NCBI GenBank assembly: GCA_965217305.1
Contig: CBDCHN010000007.1
Coordinates: forward strand, 322,522 to 386,521
Origin: Cyclobacteriaceae bacterium
GTDB taxonomy: Bacteria; Bacteroidota; Bacteroidia; Cytophagales; Cyclobacteriaceae
Length of the DNA stretch: 64,000 nucleotides
Direction of reading: 5' to 3'
A model generated the notes under the pieces. It was not told the origin of the DNA and ran no database searches. It saw only the letters and a program-made list of their open reading frames with translations. Shown in pieces: positions 55,016 through 63,801 of this stretch (the stretch's first letter is position 1; each line of letters opens with the position of its first letter). The position numbers and the translations under genes were made by a program.

Positions 55016-55600
55016 CTACTTCAGCGCGATGCTCTTAGAGTATACGTAGTTGGCACCGGTAAGCGAGAGCGAATACTGCCCCGCGCTCAACCTAGAAAGG
55101 TTTAATCCCTTGGCGTACTGCTCCTGGCAGGCTACGGTTTCCTGGTACAAAACCTCACCGTAACGGTCGTAGAGCTTCAGCGATACCGGAGAGGCAATGC
55201 TGTTCTTGAACATCACTTTCACCATTGCTTCGTCGATTTGCACGGCGGGCTTGAAGTAGACCGCCTGGGCCGTGCCGCTGTTCAGCACAAAGGTTTCCTG
55301 AGAAATACCCTCGTCCGAACGCACCTCAATGGTGTACTCACCACTGGGCAGGCTGGCCAGGTTATACTTCTTCATGTAAGCACTGCCCTTGATCGCCTCG
55401 CGGTGCAGCACGCGCCCCTGCGCATCCTTGAGCCGCAGCACAGCTGAACCGGTTGTTAGGTTGGCCACTCGAACCAGGGTTTGCTTATCGCCCTGCGACT
55501 CCCGAATGCTAATGGTCGGGTCGGCATCACCCGCGATAACGCTACCGCTAACGAGCAGTAGGGCAATCGCTACTAGAATTTGATTTGTTAACTTTTTCAT
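55016..55600 (-). CDS. secreted protein made of two T9SS-C-terminal-domain-like beta-sandwich repeats
   Basis: Signal peptide MKKLTNQILVAIALLLVSGSVIA. There are two ~80-aa repeats of the pattern ..LRLKDAQGRVLH....LASLPSGEYTIEV.. and ..LKLYDRYGEVLY....LSRLSAGQYSLSL.. Confidence 0.6.
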   Translation of the reverse strand: MKKLTNQILVAIALLLVSGSVIAGDADPTISIRESQGDKQTLVRVANLTTGSAVLRLKDAQGRVLHREAIKGSAYMKKYNLASLPSGEYTIEVRSDEGISQETFVLNSGTAQAVYFKPAVQIDEAMVKVMFKNSIASPVSLKLYDRYGEVLYQETVACQEQYAKGLNLSRLSAGQYSLSLTGANYVYSKSIALK

Positions 55601-55903
55601 TTCTGTTTTCCTTTTTGTGATTAAACTTAAATTATGCACGAACTTGATATCGTGTTCACTGCAAACTTACGAATAGTTTGGGCATTTTGTTACGAATAAA
55701 ATAAAAACTGTGCGCATAAATTTTTATATGCGTAAATGAGAGACCTATAAACTAACTTTTTCGCAATCTCTTTTCACCTTACTCTAAACACAGAGAAGGG
55801 ACAACCCAGCGTTTAACGATTTTCAAAAAACGGCTATATAATTTGAAATTATTGTAAATAAGGGAAATGCGAGTTTCTGGTAACTTTTCCTGGTAATTAG
55901 CGC

Positions 55904-55931
55904 ATAAAAAAAGTCGGTTTTAATCCGACTT
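55904..55931 (-). terminator. rho-independent terminator (minus strand) in the AT-rich gap
   Basis: On the minus strand, AAGTCGG-ATTAAAA-CCGACTT is followed by T6. It lies ~150 nt beyond the aldo-keto reductase stop. Confidence 0.5.
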
Positions 55932-56077
55932 CTAAGCGATAAGCTAATCTGGCAAAATATCTACTCGGAATTATTTAAAAAAATAATATGAAAAGTGCAA
56001 AATAAATTATCTGTTGGGCGGCTTAACTTTCGACAGAGCAGCTAAATTCTGCCTTTGAAGAATAATTTTGCCCTTGT

Positions 56078-57049
56078 TTACTCGTCCCACAGGTTAGCCA
56101 AGGTGTATGAATTGCCTTCCATCACCCAGGTAGAACCGTCTACGTAGCGTCGGTGGCGGTCCAGCGCCGCGATCTGCTGCATGTCTTGCTCGGTCAATTC
56201 CACTTCGGCCGCTGCTAGGTTCTGCCGAATGCGCTCAGGGTTCACCGATTTAGGAATCACAGCGGTGCCCCGCGCCACGGCCCAGCGGATGAGCACCTGC
56301 GCGGTGGTGCAACCGTGCCGGTCGGCAATCTGCCGAATGGTGGGCTCTTCGAGCAAGTTGACGTCGTCTTCTTTCTTAAGCCGCTCCGGACGGTCGCCCG
56401 AACCCAGTGGAGAGTAGGCCGTGAGGTGGATGTTTTCCTGTTGACAGAAAGTCAGCAACTCCTTTTGCTGCAACAGCGGGTGCATCTCCACCTGGTTCAT
56501 CTCCGGAGCGTGCGTGGCCTGCTCTTTGAGCGCGCGCAGCTTCTTGATGCTGAAATTGGACACGCCCAGGTGCTTGGCGAGTCCTTGGTCGGTGGCGGCT
56601 TCTATTGCTTGCCAGGTTTCCATCAGCGGCACTTCTTCCAGACTCACGAAGTCCTCAGCCCGCTCGGGGAAGGTGGTCAGGTCCGGCCGCAAAGCAATGG
56701 GCCAGTGCATGAGGTACAAGTCGATGTAATCGAGTTGTAGGTCGTTTAGTGTTTTCTTCAAGGCCGGTAGCACATCTTGTTTTCGGTGCGCCGTGTTCCA
56801 CAGCTTAGAGGTGATCCACAGTTCTTCTCGCTTCACCGTGCCCTGATCCAACACTTCGCGCAGGGCTTGTCCAATTTCGGGTTCGTTGCCGTAGATGGCA
56901 GCGCAGTCGATGTGGCGGTAACCGGCCTGCACCGCTTCTACCACCGCGCGGTGCACTTCGCCGGGAGCCGATTTCCAAGTGCCTAGTCCAATCGCTGATA
57001 CGGTGTCGCCGTTACTAAAGGTGAGCTGATTCATAGAAGGTTGATTCAT
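56078..57049 (-). CDS. aldo/keto reductase
   Basis: GLGTWKS.., YRHIDCAAIYGNE.., LWITSKLWN.., DLYLMHWP. Confidence 0.93.
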   Translation of the reverse strand: MNQPSMNQLTFSNGDTVSAIGLGTWKSAPGEVHRAVVEAVQAGYRHIDCAAIYGNEPEIGQALREVLDQGTVKREELWITSKLWNTAHRKQDVLPALKKTLNDLQLDYIDLYLMHWPIALRPDLTTFPERAEDFVSLEEVPLMETWQAIEAATDQGLAKHLGVSNFSIKKLRALKEQATHAPEMNQVEMHPLLQQKELLTFCQQENIHLTAYSPLGSGDRPERLKKEDDVNLLEEPTIRQIADRHGCTTAQVLIRWAVARGTAVIPKSVNPERIRQNLAAAEVELTEQDMQQIAALDRHRRYVDGSTWVMEGNSYTLANLWDE

Positions 57050-57091
57050 TGGTATAATTGTTCAACCCCTGGATTGCTTGAGTGTTTGTTC

Positions 57092-58261
57092 TTAGGTTTC
57101 ATCTACGGCAAAAAGCACGTTGCGCACCACCGAGCGCGAATCGGCCGATCCTCCGAGCGAACCGAACAGCACCCCCACTGCCGCTAAAAAGGCAACCAGC
57201 CGCAGGTGGGCCCCGCGCGATGCGCCGTCCTGATCAGAGGTCCAGGTGCTCATCAGCGGGTCGGGGAAAACAAACACCACCACCCCGTACATCAGCAGTC
57301 CGAACAGAACAAACAGGCACCCCAAGGTGAGCACCAAAGCCAGATAGGTGGCGCCCGCCGTGACCACCGCACTCTCGGAAGTGTTGCCGTGGCGGGTAGA
57401 AACCAGCCGAAAGGAGAACGCGCGGTACAGCACAAAGGCGGCCGCCACAAAACTAGCGCTCACGAACACCGCGAGCTGTCCGTACGATACTGATGCGGCA
57501 AAATCCCACGTCTCTCCCCCAAAGATCAGGATGATGATCACCGACAGGGCCGTGGCAATCATGGTGGGCAATTTGGTCGCGATCCTGAGCGGATTGGCCC
57601 GCATTGCTCCCCGGAAGATACGCGGCAGATTGCGGGCGGTTTGCCGAAGTACGAACGAGAATTTGTTGCCCCGCGAGAAGCGGTCGTTGGCCTCCCGGGG
57701 TAAGTTTTTAGCCACGTGATCGAACTGCTGCTCGGTAAACCGGTCCATCGTATCCAGGTCGTTTGGTACCTCAATCTTAGCCATGTAGTTTGTCTTCTCC
57801 GGATGGTAGCTGAGGTTCAACAGCCGTCCGAAGCAGTGCAGCATCAGGGTGCTGAGCCGGGCGGTCATGAGCGGCTGGTTCTGGATGTCGGCTGATCCGT
57901 AGTCAGCGAGTCGTCGGGTAGAAATGATGGCCACGTTGGTGAGCTGAGAGGGTAAGGCAAGCAAGTAGGATAGAGAAGCGGCGGCAATCTCTACCTCAGT
58001 GATGATCATCAGGAAGGCGAGTTGACGTTCGGTTTTCTCATTGAGACCGATCTGTACGAAGTCGAGGGCACGGTAGCCGTGTTCGTCGGGGGTGAGGTTC
58101 GGTTCGTCGAATGACAGTGACTCGATGGTAAGCCTTGCTTCGCGCTGCACGACCTGCGCAAACTGCCGGGTAGCCTGCTGGGTCAGTTTGCTCAGCGAGC
58201 GGGCATCTTTCCCGGTCACGTCAACCTTCATGATGCCTATGGTTATATTTCTTTCGGTCAT
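57092..58261 (-). CDS. membrane protein: archaemetzincin-like N-terminal domain with degenerate metal site + ~5 TM helices
   Basis: ITIGIMKVDV.., LMIITEVEI.., NVAIISTRRL.. and HCFGRLLNLSYHPEKTNYM parallel the Peptidase_M54 layout HExxHxxGx3Cx4CxM. The Met is kept and the E/H/C ligands are not. The C-terminal half is hydrophobic. Confidence 0.55.
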   Translation of the reverse strand: MTERNITIGIMKVDVTGKDARSLSKLTQQATRQFAQVVQREARLTIESLSFDEPNLTPDEHGYRALDFVQIGLNEKTERQLAFLMIITEVEIAAASLSYLLALPSQLTNVAIISTRRLADYGSADIQNQPLMTARLSTLMLHCFGRLLNLSYHPEKTNYMAKIEVPNDLDTMDRFTEQQFDHVAKNLPREANDRFSRGNKFSFVLRQTARNLPRIFRGAMRANPLRIATKLPTMIATALSVIIILIFGGETWDFAASVSYGQLAVFVSASFVAAAFVLYRAFSFRLVSTRHGNTSESAVVTAGATYLALVLTLGCLFVLFGLLMYGVVVFVFPDPLMSTWTSDQDGASRGAHLRLVAFLAAVGVLFGSLGGSADSRSVVRNVLFAVDET

Positions 58262-58420
58262 TCGTTGGCGGGGCTTCGCAAATGCGTGCTAACGCTGGAG
58301 TAGCCGCAAAGCTTTTGCCCGCAATATAGCTACAGAATAGCCATTTGACGCACTTTTCCGATCACCTTCTAATCATTTTCCGCAGCGACCGGTAAACCAT
58401 CGTCCAAAATATACTGATGC

Positions 58421-58481
58421 CTATAAACATTTACAAACGTTTACAAACGGTTATAGACGACTATAAACGCTTAGCAGACGA
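58421..58481. repeat. five to six tandem 10-bp units (YTAYAAACGN), helically phased, upstream of ssb
   Basis: CTATAAACAT TTACAAACGT TTACAAACGG TTATAGACGA CTATAAACGC (TTAGCAGACGA). Confidence 0.8.
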
Positions 58482-58548
58482 ATCCTTTGCCCGCCCTGCC
58501 CCACCTTTGCCAACGAGTTTAATGTTCAACAACTAAATAACGAAAACG

Positions 58549-58896
58549 ATGAACGCATTGAAAAACCGAGTACAACTCATTGGACGCCTGGGTCAAGACC
58601 CCGAAGTGAAGCAACTGAGCAACGGGGGCACGCTGGCCCGCTTCTCCGTAGCCACCACCGAGACGTACAAGAACAAGCAGGGCGAGCGCGTAGAAGATAC
58701 GCAGTGGCACAGCGTGGTGCTGTGGGGCAACCTGGCCGAACTAGCCGGGCAGTACCTGCACAAGGGCAAAGAGGTGGCCCTGGAAGGCAAGCTCAACCAC
58801 CGCACCTACGACGACAAGGACGGCAACAAGCGCTACGTCACCGAGGTGGTCGGTACCGAGTTCCTCATGCTGGGCAAGAAAGACAAGGCCGCTTAG
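58549..58896 (+). CDS. ssb: single-stranded DNA-binding protein (short form)
   Basis: NRVQLIGRLGQDPEVK..TQWHSVVLWGNLAE..YLHKGKEVALEGKL..R.Y. Confidence 0.93.
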   Translation: MNALKNRVQLIGRLGQDPEVKQLSNGGTLARFSVATTETYKNKQGERVEDTQWHSVVLWGNLAELAGQYLHKGKEVALEGKLNHRTYDDKDGNKRYVTEVVGTEFLMLGKKDKAA

Positions 58897-58995
58897 CGTA
58901 TCAACCGTCCTAGCCAGCGTAGCGCTTCCGCGCTGCGTTGGTTAGGTATTTACCGAGCTCACCCCACCCGAGCGTGGTTTCAACGTCAAACAAGA

Positions 58996-59027
58996 AGAGC
59001 GATCCCGCTACGAGATCGCTCTTTTTC
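58996..59027 (+). terminator. rho-independent terminator after ssb
   Basis: AGAGCGATC-N9-GATCGCTCT followed by TTTT. Confidence 0.6.
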
Positions 59028-59086
59028 TGTGCCTTTATCCTGCCTATCCCTTTCCATCAAAACAAGCATCCCGCCCATCCTGATCG

Positions 59087-59719
59087 TCAGTAGCTCACAA
59101 AGGGCATCTGGTGATCGTACTGGGTATCTTCAACCAGCCGCAGGATAAAGTCGGCCAAGTCAGCGCGGCCCACCTTGGTACTGGCGTTTACGCCCACCCA
59201 ACCCACACGGTAGTCTCCCTTCTTGGGCTCCTCCGTGAGTCTCGGACCCCGAACGATGGTCCATTCTAAACCGCTGTTGCGCAGCACCTTGGCGTGCTCG
59301 ATGGCATCGTTGAGGATCTTGGGCACCGCCACCTTCATAACAAAACGAATGGCCTTGTCGGCAAACTTGGGTTCGTCTTTCTCAAAGGGGAGTCCGCCAC
59401 CCGACAGCGAAATGATGCGGTTCACTTTCACTTCCTTCATAGCCTGCACAATGTTCTTGGTGCCGTTGGTTTGCAACCACTCGGGCGAGCCCTTCACGTG
59501 CCCAAACACGCTGACGACCACGTCGGTATCGGCAACGGTGTTGCGCACGTCGTCGTAGTTGAGCACGTCGCCCTTCACCAGCGTGAGGTGCTCGTGCTGG
59601 GTGGTAATTTTTTCAGGACTACGCACCAGGGCTTTCACCGCGTAACCCTTCGCCAGGGCCTGGGTCAAAAATGGTTGTCCGGTGCGGCCGGATCCTCCGA
59701 ATAGGGCAATAGTCTTCAT
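59087..59719 (-). CDS. NAD(P)H-binding (atypical SDR / NmrA-like) oxidoreductase
   Basis: MKTIALFGGSGRTGQ Rossmann motif, 210 aa. Confidence 0.88.
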   Translation of the reverse strand: MKTIALFGGSGRTGQPFLTQALAKGYAVKALVRSPEKITTQHEHLTLVKGDVLNYDDVRNTVADTDVVVSVFGHVKGSPEWLQTNGTKNIVQAMKEVKVNRIISLSGGGLPFEKDEPKFADKAIRFVMKVAVPKILNDAIEHAKVLRNSGLEWTIVRGPRLTEEPKKGDYRVGWVGVNASTKVGRADLADFILRLVEDTQYDHQMPFVSY

Positions 59720-59733
59720 ACGTAAGAATTGGT

Positions 59734-60369
59734 TTAGTGAACGTTTTGAGTGAGGGTGGCGAACCGACTTTCCAAGTCAGCCAAGCGGGTGTAACCGCTC
59801 GCCAAGCGGTAATAATTTTCTTCGGTTTGGGCGAATACGGTAGGAAAACCGCTGACCCCCAGCTGCTGTGATCGCTGGAAATCGGCTTCGGCCAGGGCTA
59901 AAAATTCGGGTTGCTCCATCTGGCCAACAAAGGTTTCGCCGTCGATGCCGAAGGCTTCGGCCCGGGGAGCGTAAGCGGCGGTGTCTTGTGGAGCAATTCC
60001 GTCGTAGTAAACCGCCTTTTGCAGCGCTCCGGCAAACAATACAGCCTCCTTGGGGCGGTGAGATTTGAACACACTCAACGCAACTCCCAGCGGAACTGAC
60101 GTGAAGACGGTGGTGCCTTCTTCCAATACATCTTCCAGAAAGCCCTTACCAAAAGTAACCCCGGTTGCTTGCTCCACTTCCTTGTAGGCCCACTTGATGT
60201 AAGGAGCTACCTCGCCAATGGGACCGATGCGCGAACCGGTAATCATGCCGCCCGACACTACCTCAAACGATACGTCAGATTGATGATCTTTATAAAATTG
60301 CTCCATCACCGGAGAAAAGCCGTAGCACCAACCGCAGAGCGCGTCGTAAACATAAATTATTTTCATCAC
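59734..60369 (-). CDS. DsbA-family thioredoxin-fold protein
   Basis: YVYDALCGWCYGF CxxC motif near the N-terminus. Confidence 0.85.
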   Translation of the reverse strand: MMKIIYVYDALCGWCYGFSPVMEQFYKDHQSDVSFEVVSGGMITGSRIGPIGEVAPYIKWAYKEVEQATGVTFGKGFLEDVLEEGTTVFTSVPLGVALSVFKSHRPKEAVLFAGALQKAVYYDGIAPQDTAAYAPRAEAFGIDGETFVGQMEQPEFLALAEADFQRSQQLGVSGFPTVFAQTEENYYRLASGYTRLADLESRFATLTQNVH

Positions 60370-60466
60370 TGAGAAATTAACGTTGCTTAATTTATCAGAT
60401 GAACGTACGTTTGGAGTATACGGTTGAAAGCTAGGTACATACCTTTTAGTAAGTATAAAAAAAGAA

Positions 60467-60778
60467 ATGAAGATTACACCCCGCTGTCCGATTCGGACTA
60501 CGCTGGAAATGTTAGGAGGAAAGTGGAAGCTGCTGATTATCTTTCAGATTGGCGAGCGGGCGGTGCGTTTTGGTGAATTGAAACGTTCGCTACCCGATAT
60601 CAGCGAAAAAATGCTGGTGCAGGAGCTGAAAAGCTTGGCTGATAACGATTTGGTGGTTCGGCACAGCTACGGCGAAGTGCCGCCGCGGGTGGACTATCGA
60701 TTAACCGAACGGGGTAAAATGGCTTTGCCCCTGATCGGCCATCTGAGAGATTTTGGGCAGGGGTACGTTGATCAGTAA
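60467..60778 (+). CDS. HxlR-family winged-helix transcriptional regulator
   Basis: CPIRTTLEMLGGKWKLLII..LKRSLPDISEKMLVQELKSL..PPRVDYRLTERG. Divergent from the redox gene pair. Confidence 0.92.
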   Translation: MKITPRCPIRTTLEMLGGKWKLLIIFQIGERAVRFGELKRSLPDISEKMLVQELKSLADNDLVVRHSYGEVPPRVDYRLTERGKMALPLIGHLRDFGQGYVDQ

Positions 60779-60797
60779 GCCAAAAAAGTAGTAAAAC

Positions 60798-60992
60798 CTA
60801 GCGGAAGGCCTGTAGGAAACTCTCGATGCCTTTTTTGTCCATCAGCACGTGGTCGCCGCGCTGGACCAGAAAGTCGTTTAGCTCGCTGGGGTCAAAATAA
60901 GAAAGCGAAAACACTCCGGGGTGGGACTTTTTGTACTGCTTTAGAATTTCTTTAGCAATCTGTGATTTTCGAGTGTCATGAATAGTTATCAT
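60798..60992 (-). CDS. hypothetical small protein
   Basis: 64-aa ORF from ATG 60992 (the ORF-track version starts at GTG 61007). No family recognised. Confidence 0.35.
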   Translation of the reverse strand: MITIHDTRKSQIAKEILKQYKKSHPGVFSLSYFDPSELNDFLVQRGDHVLMDKKGIESFLQAFR

Positions 60993-61039
60993 ACCAATAC
61001 AACGCACTAAACCGCAAAATAATTCATTGTCCCCCCTTA

Positions 61040-62737
61040 TTACTCTTTCGCCGCGGCCGGTTCGCCCAGCGCTACCGTATACGTTGCCCGACCGAAAACC
61101 AGTTCGCCCCGATCCGACACCCCCTCTACAATCACCTCAAAAGTTCCTAGCTCGTCTGAGTTAATCACTTCAATGGTCGGCGAATCGTTCGGCAGATTCA
61201 CCGAGGGCTGCCAGTGCAGCAGGCTACGAAAGTCCGGTTCGTAGTCCGCCAGGGAATCAGGAGGAGCAAACGCTAGGGGGGGCGTGTACAAGGTGACCTG
61301 CTCGCGCCGAGCCGTGGGCGACAAGGCCGGGCCGTAGGCATCACCTGATCGGGTATACACCGCAATCACACCGTCGAAGCGGTATTCTCCGTAGTAGGTG
61401 CGCCGGTTCACTGTCTCGATGCGCTCAATCTCGCTCGGCGGAAAATCTACCAGGTAGTTCACGTCCCGAATAAGCACGCCGTCCATGAAAACCGCCGGTT
61501 CCCCTTCCAGAAAGGTCCGCGTCGGAATATCGAAGACGTCAAAATCATAAGTGCCCTGCCGGTTGCGCAGGCGGACGCCCGGCATCAGCTCACGGTTCAC
61601 TTCCACAAAATTGGGCAGCGCCACGTAGTCGTCGGAGCGCACCGTGAAATTCGGCGCCCCGTAAAAGCGAAATTCCGGTCGCTTGGCTACCGCTGCCGAG
61701 TCGAGCGGACGAAACAAATCATACTGCGCGTTGATGCGCGAGCGCTCCGTGTAGGTGGTAAGCAACTCCTGCAGGGCCGCCGCCGGAACTTCCGGAAATA
61801 GCTCGCGCGCGTAGGTGTTTTCAGAAGCAAATCGCTCGTCAACCGACCACTGCACCCGCAACGTGGTGTCGGCCGTTTGCAGCACCACCTCTTGCTGGCC
61901 CTGACGCCGTTCATTGATCGGAATCCGAAAGCGATTCTGCTGGTCCACGAAGTCGTACTCGAAGTAGGGATCGGTGCCCGGTATCGACAGGATAACCGTG
62001 CGGTCGGCCGTGCTTTGGTCCATGCCGGTCACGCTTCCGCTGATGGTAAGCCCATCGTCTTCCCCGGAGTAGCGGGGCAGATCCGTAGAAGTTTCGGCGG
62101 GCCTCGCCACGCGTTCGGCGGGAGGCTGATAGCCGCCCATTGGGTCCACCTTACGAACACTAAGGGCGACCCGTGCGCGCTGAGCGGCACCGGTCAGTTG
62201 CAAACGCATCGTCACCGGTTCACGGGGCTGATAGCGGGCCTGGTCTAGTTTGATCTGCACCGCTCCTGCTGCCTCCTCCTGCTGAGAGCCTGCTAGCTGC
62301 GCTAACGCTCGTTGGCCCGAAGCAGGTACCGACAGTTCGTCTTCGTAGGCATTCACGACCAGCAGCGGTTGGGTGGCGAATGCGGCCGGGCCCTCGTTGC
62401 GCATCCACTGCGTGTAGGCCCGCACCTGATACCAGCCGCCCGATAGCGTGTCGGGCAGACTGAGTTGCCCCCGGGCCACTCCGTCTTCCACCTTAAATAT
62501 TCCCTGCACCACCGCCCCGCCCCGGTTCAGCACTTCAGCGTAGAGCACCGTGCTGCGCGAAGGGTCGCCCCGCAACGTTCCCTGAAACCAGAGCGTTTCC
62601 CCCGCCCCCACCACGCGTTCCGAGAGTTGCAGGTGAACGCGTTCGGGTGACGAGGCCCGCGGTTCGGTGAAAGCAGGGGGCCAGAACCCGGTTTGTGCGA
62701 ACAGCACGCCCGCTATGAAAACTATAGTTCGTCGCAT
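61040..62737 (-). CDS. secreted MG2-like + TonB-plug-like domain protein (no barrel)
   Basis: Signal peptide MRRTIVFIAGVLFAQ. The N-terminal VHLQLSERVVGAGETLWFQG..GWYQVRAYTQWMRNEG is MG2-like, and the C-terminal ..VFMDGVLIRDVN..IERIETV..FDGVIAVYT is plug-like. Start at ATG 62737. Confidence 0.6.
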   Translation of the reverse strand: MRRTIVFIAGVLFAQTGFWPPAFTEPRASSPERVHLQLSERVVGAGETLWFQGTLRGDPSRSTVLYAEVLNRGGAVVQGIFKVEDGVARGQLSLPDTLSGGWYQVRAYTQWMRNEGPAAFATQPLLVVNAYEDELSVPASGQRALAQLAGSQQEEAAGAVQIKLDQARYQPREPVTMRLQLTGAAQRARVALSVRKVDPMGGYQPPAERVARPAETSTDLPRYSGEDDGLTISGSVTGMDQSTADRTVILSIPGTDPYFEYDFVDQQNRFRIPINERRQGQQEVVLQTADTTLRVQWSVDERFASENTYARELFPEVPAAALQELLTTYTERSRINAQYDLFRPLDSAAVAKRPEFRFYGAPNFTVRSDDYVALPNFVEVNRELMPGVRLRNRQGTYDFDVFDIPTRTFLEGEPAVFMDGVLIRDVNYLVDFPPSEIERIETVNRRTYYGEYRFDGVIAVYTRSGDAYGPALSPTARREQVTLYTPPLAFAPPDSLADYEPDFRSLLHWQPSVNLPNDSPTIEVINSDELGTFEVIVEGVSDRGELVFGRATYTVALGEPAAAKE

Positions 62738-62739
62738 AG

Positions 62740-63801
62740 TTACCAAAATGAAGGAACCTCGGTGGTGGTGCCGGGCAGCAGTGTGCAGTCGAAGCACGAT
62801 TCCGGCGCCTCCGGGTCGCCGTCTACGCAGCCGGGACTCCCTCCCGGCGACCCACCCGGACCGGGCGGCACCTGCCCCCGGTTCACAAATATTCGTTTCT
62901 CGGTGACCGCCGACACCTGAAAGTAACCCAGCACGCGCTCCCGGTCGTTGGTAGTGCTGCTCATGTTGCCCGGAATGGGCGCGGGCGGCGGAGCGAACAC
63001 CGAGCCGCCGTCGGTTTGCTGCTGCTGCACGTTAGCCCAGAAGCGGTAGGTACGTTCGGTCATCGAGTACTGCGTCACCAGCAAGCTGTAGCGCCGCTGG
63101 AGTTGCAGTCCGCTCTTGGCCACAAAGTTAATAGGGCGCTTCACGATGCGATCACGGCGCAAATCTTCGGTAGAGGCCACGTTGAGGTAACGCGCCGATG
63201 AGCCCGAGCGGAAACATAGGGGGGTGATCAGTTGGGTGGGCAGGGTGAGCGGGGCAATAAAGGAGTAGGTCTCCCGCCAGTTCCACCGGTAGAAGGCCGC
63301 CTGGTCGGCATCACTGCCCGTATCCAGGTAAAACTGCACTCCCCAACGTTGCAAAATTGTGCCGAGAGAGGATTGGTAAAGTCGGCTATCCAGCGCGTAG
63401 TAGATGCTATCGATGGGGGGCACGGCAGGCATGGTTTCCGGCAGCGAGACGTAGGTTTTGCCGTCGGGCAAGATCACGTGCAGGCGGTAGGTACTGCCCA
63501 CCTGTCCCCGGAAGGAGCCGGGGTCGGTCAAATAGGTGCCGTCTCCGACGCTGAACAGATCGGCCCTCCGGTCTTCTTGGTCGGTGATGTACACTTCGGC
63601 TCCCGTGACGGCCTCTCCGTCGTAGGTTTTCAGGCTGGGCGAGGTATAGGAAAGCTTTACCGAATAGGGTTCCTCGGCATTGGTCATCAAACCATCCACC
63701 ACCAGCAATCGCTTACCCGAGAGCGACTCATCGAGGTCGATGCGCTCGATGCAGCCACTTAGCAGCACCAAATATCCCAGAACAACAACGATATGCTTCA
63801 T
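62740..63801 (-). CDS. DUF4249 domain lipoprotein
   Basis: LVLLSGC lipobox; ..LLVVDGLMTNAEEPYSVKLSYTS.. is typical of DUF4249. It lies immediately downstream of a TonB-dependent receptor, the usual pairing. Confidence 0.8.
   Translation of the reverse strand: MKHIVVVLGYLVLLSGCIERIDLDESLSGKRLLVVDGLMTNAEEPYSVKLSYTSPSLKTYDGEAVTGAEVYITDQEDRRADLFSVGDGTYLTDPGSFRGQVGSTYRLHVILPDGKTYVSLPETMPAVPPIDSIYYALDSRLYQSSLGTILQRWGVQFYLDTGSDADQAAFYRWNWRETYSFIAPLTLPTQLITPLCFRSGSSARYLNVASTEDLRRDRIVKRPINFVAKSGLQLQRRYSLLVTQYSMTERTYRFWANVQQQQTDGGSVFAPPPAPIPGNMSSTTNDRERVLGYFQVSAVTEKRIFVNRGQVPPGPGGSPGGSPGCVDGDPEAPESCFDCTLLPGTTTEVPSFW

Noticed and set aside
60370-60466. Short AT-rich dyads (AAATTAA-N6-TTAATTT; AGGTA-CA-TACCT) between the DsbA-like and HxlR genes as HxlR operators
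   Set aside because: The arms are only 5-7 bp in AT-rich DNA, which is easily chance. Not reported as a feature.
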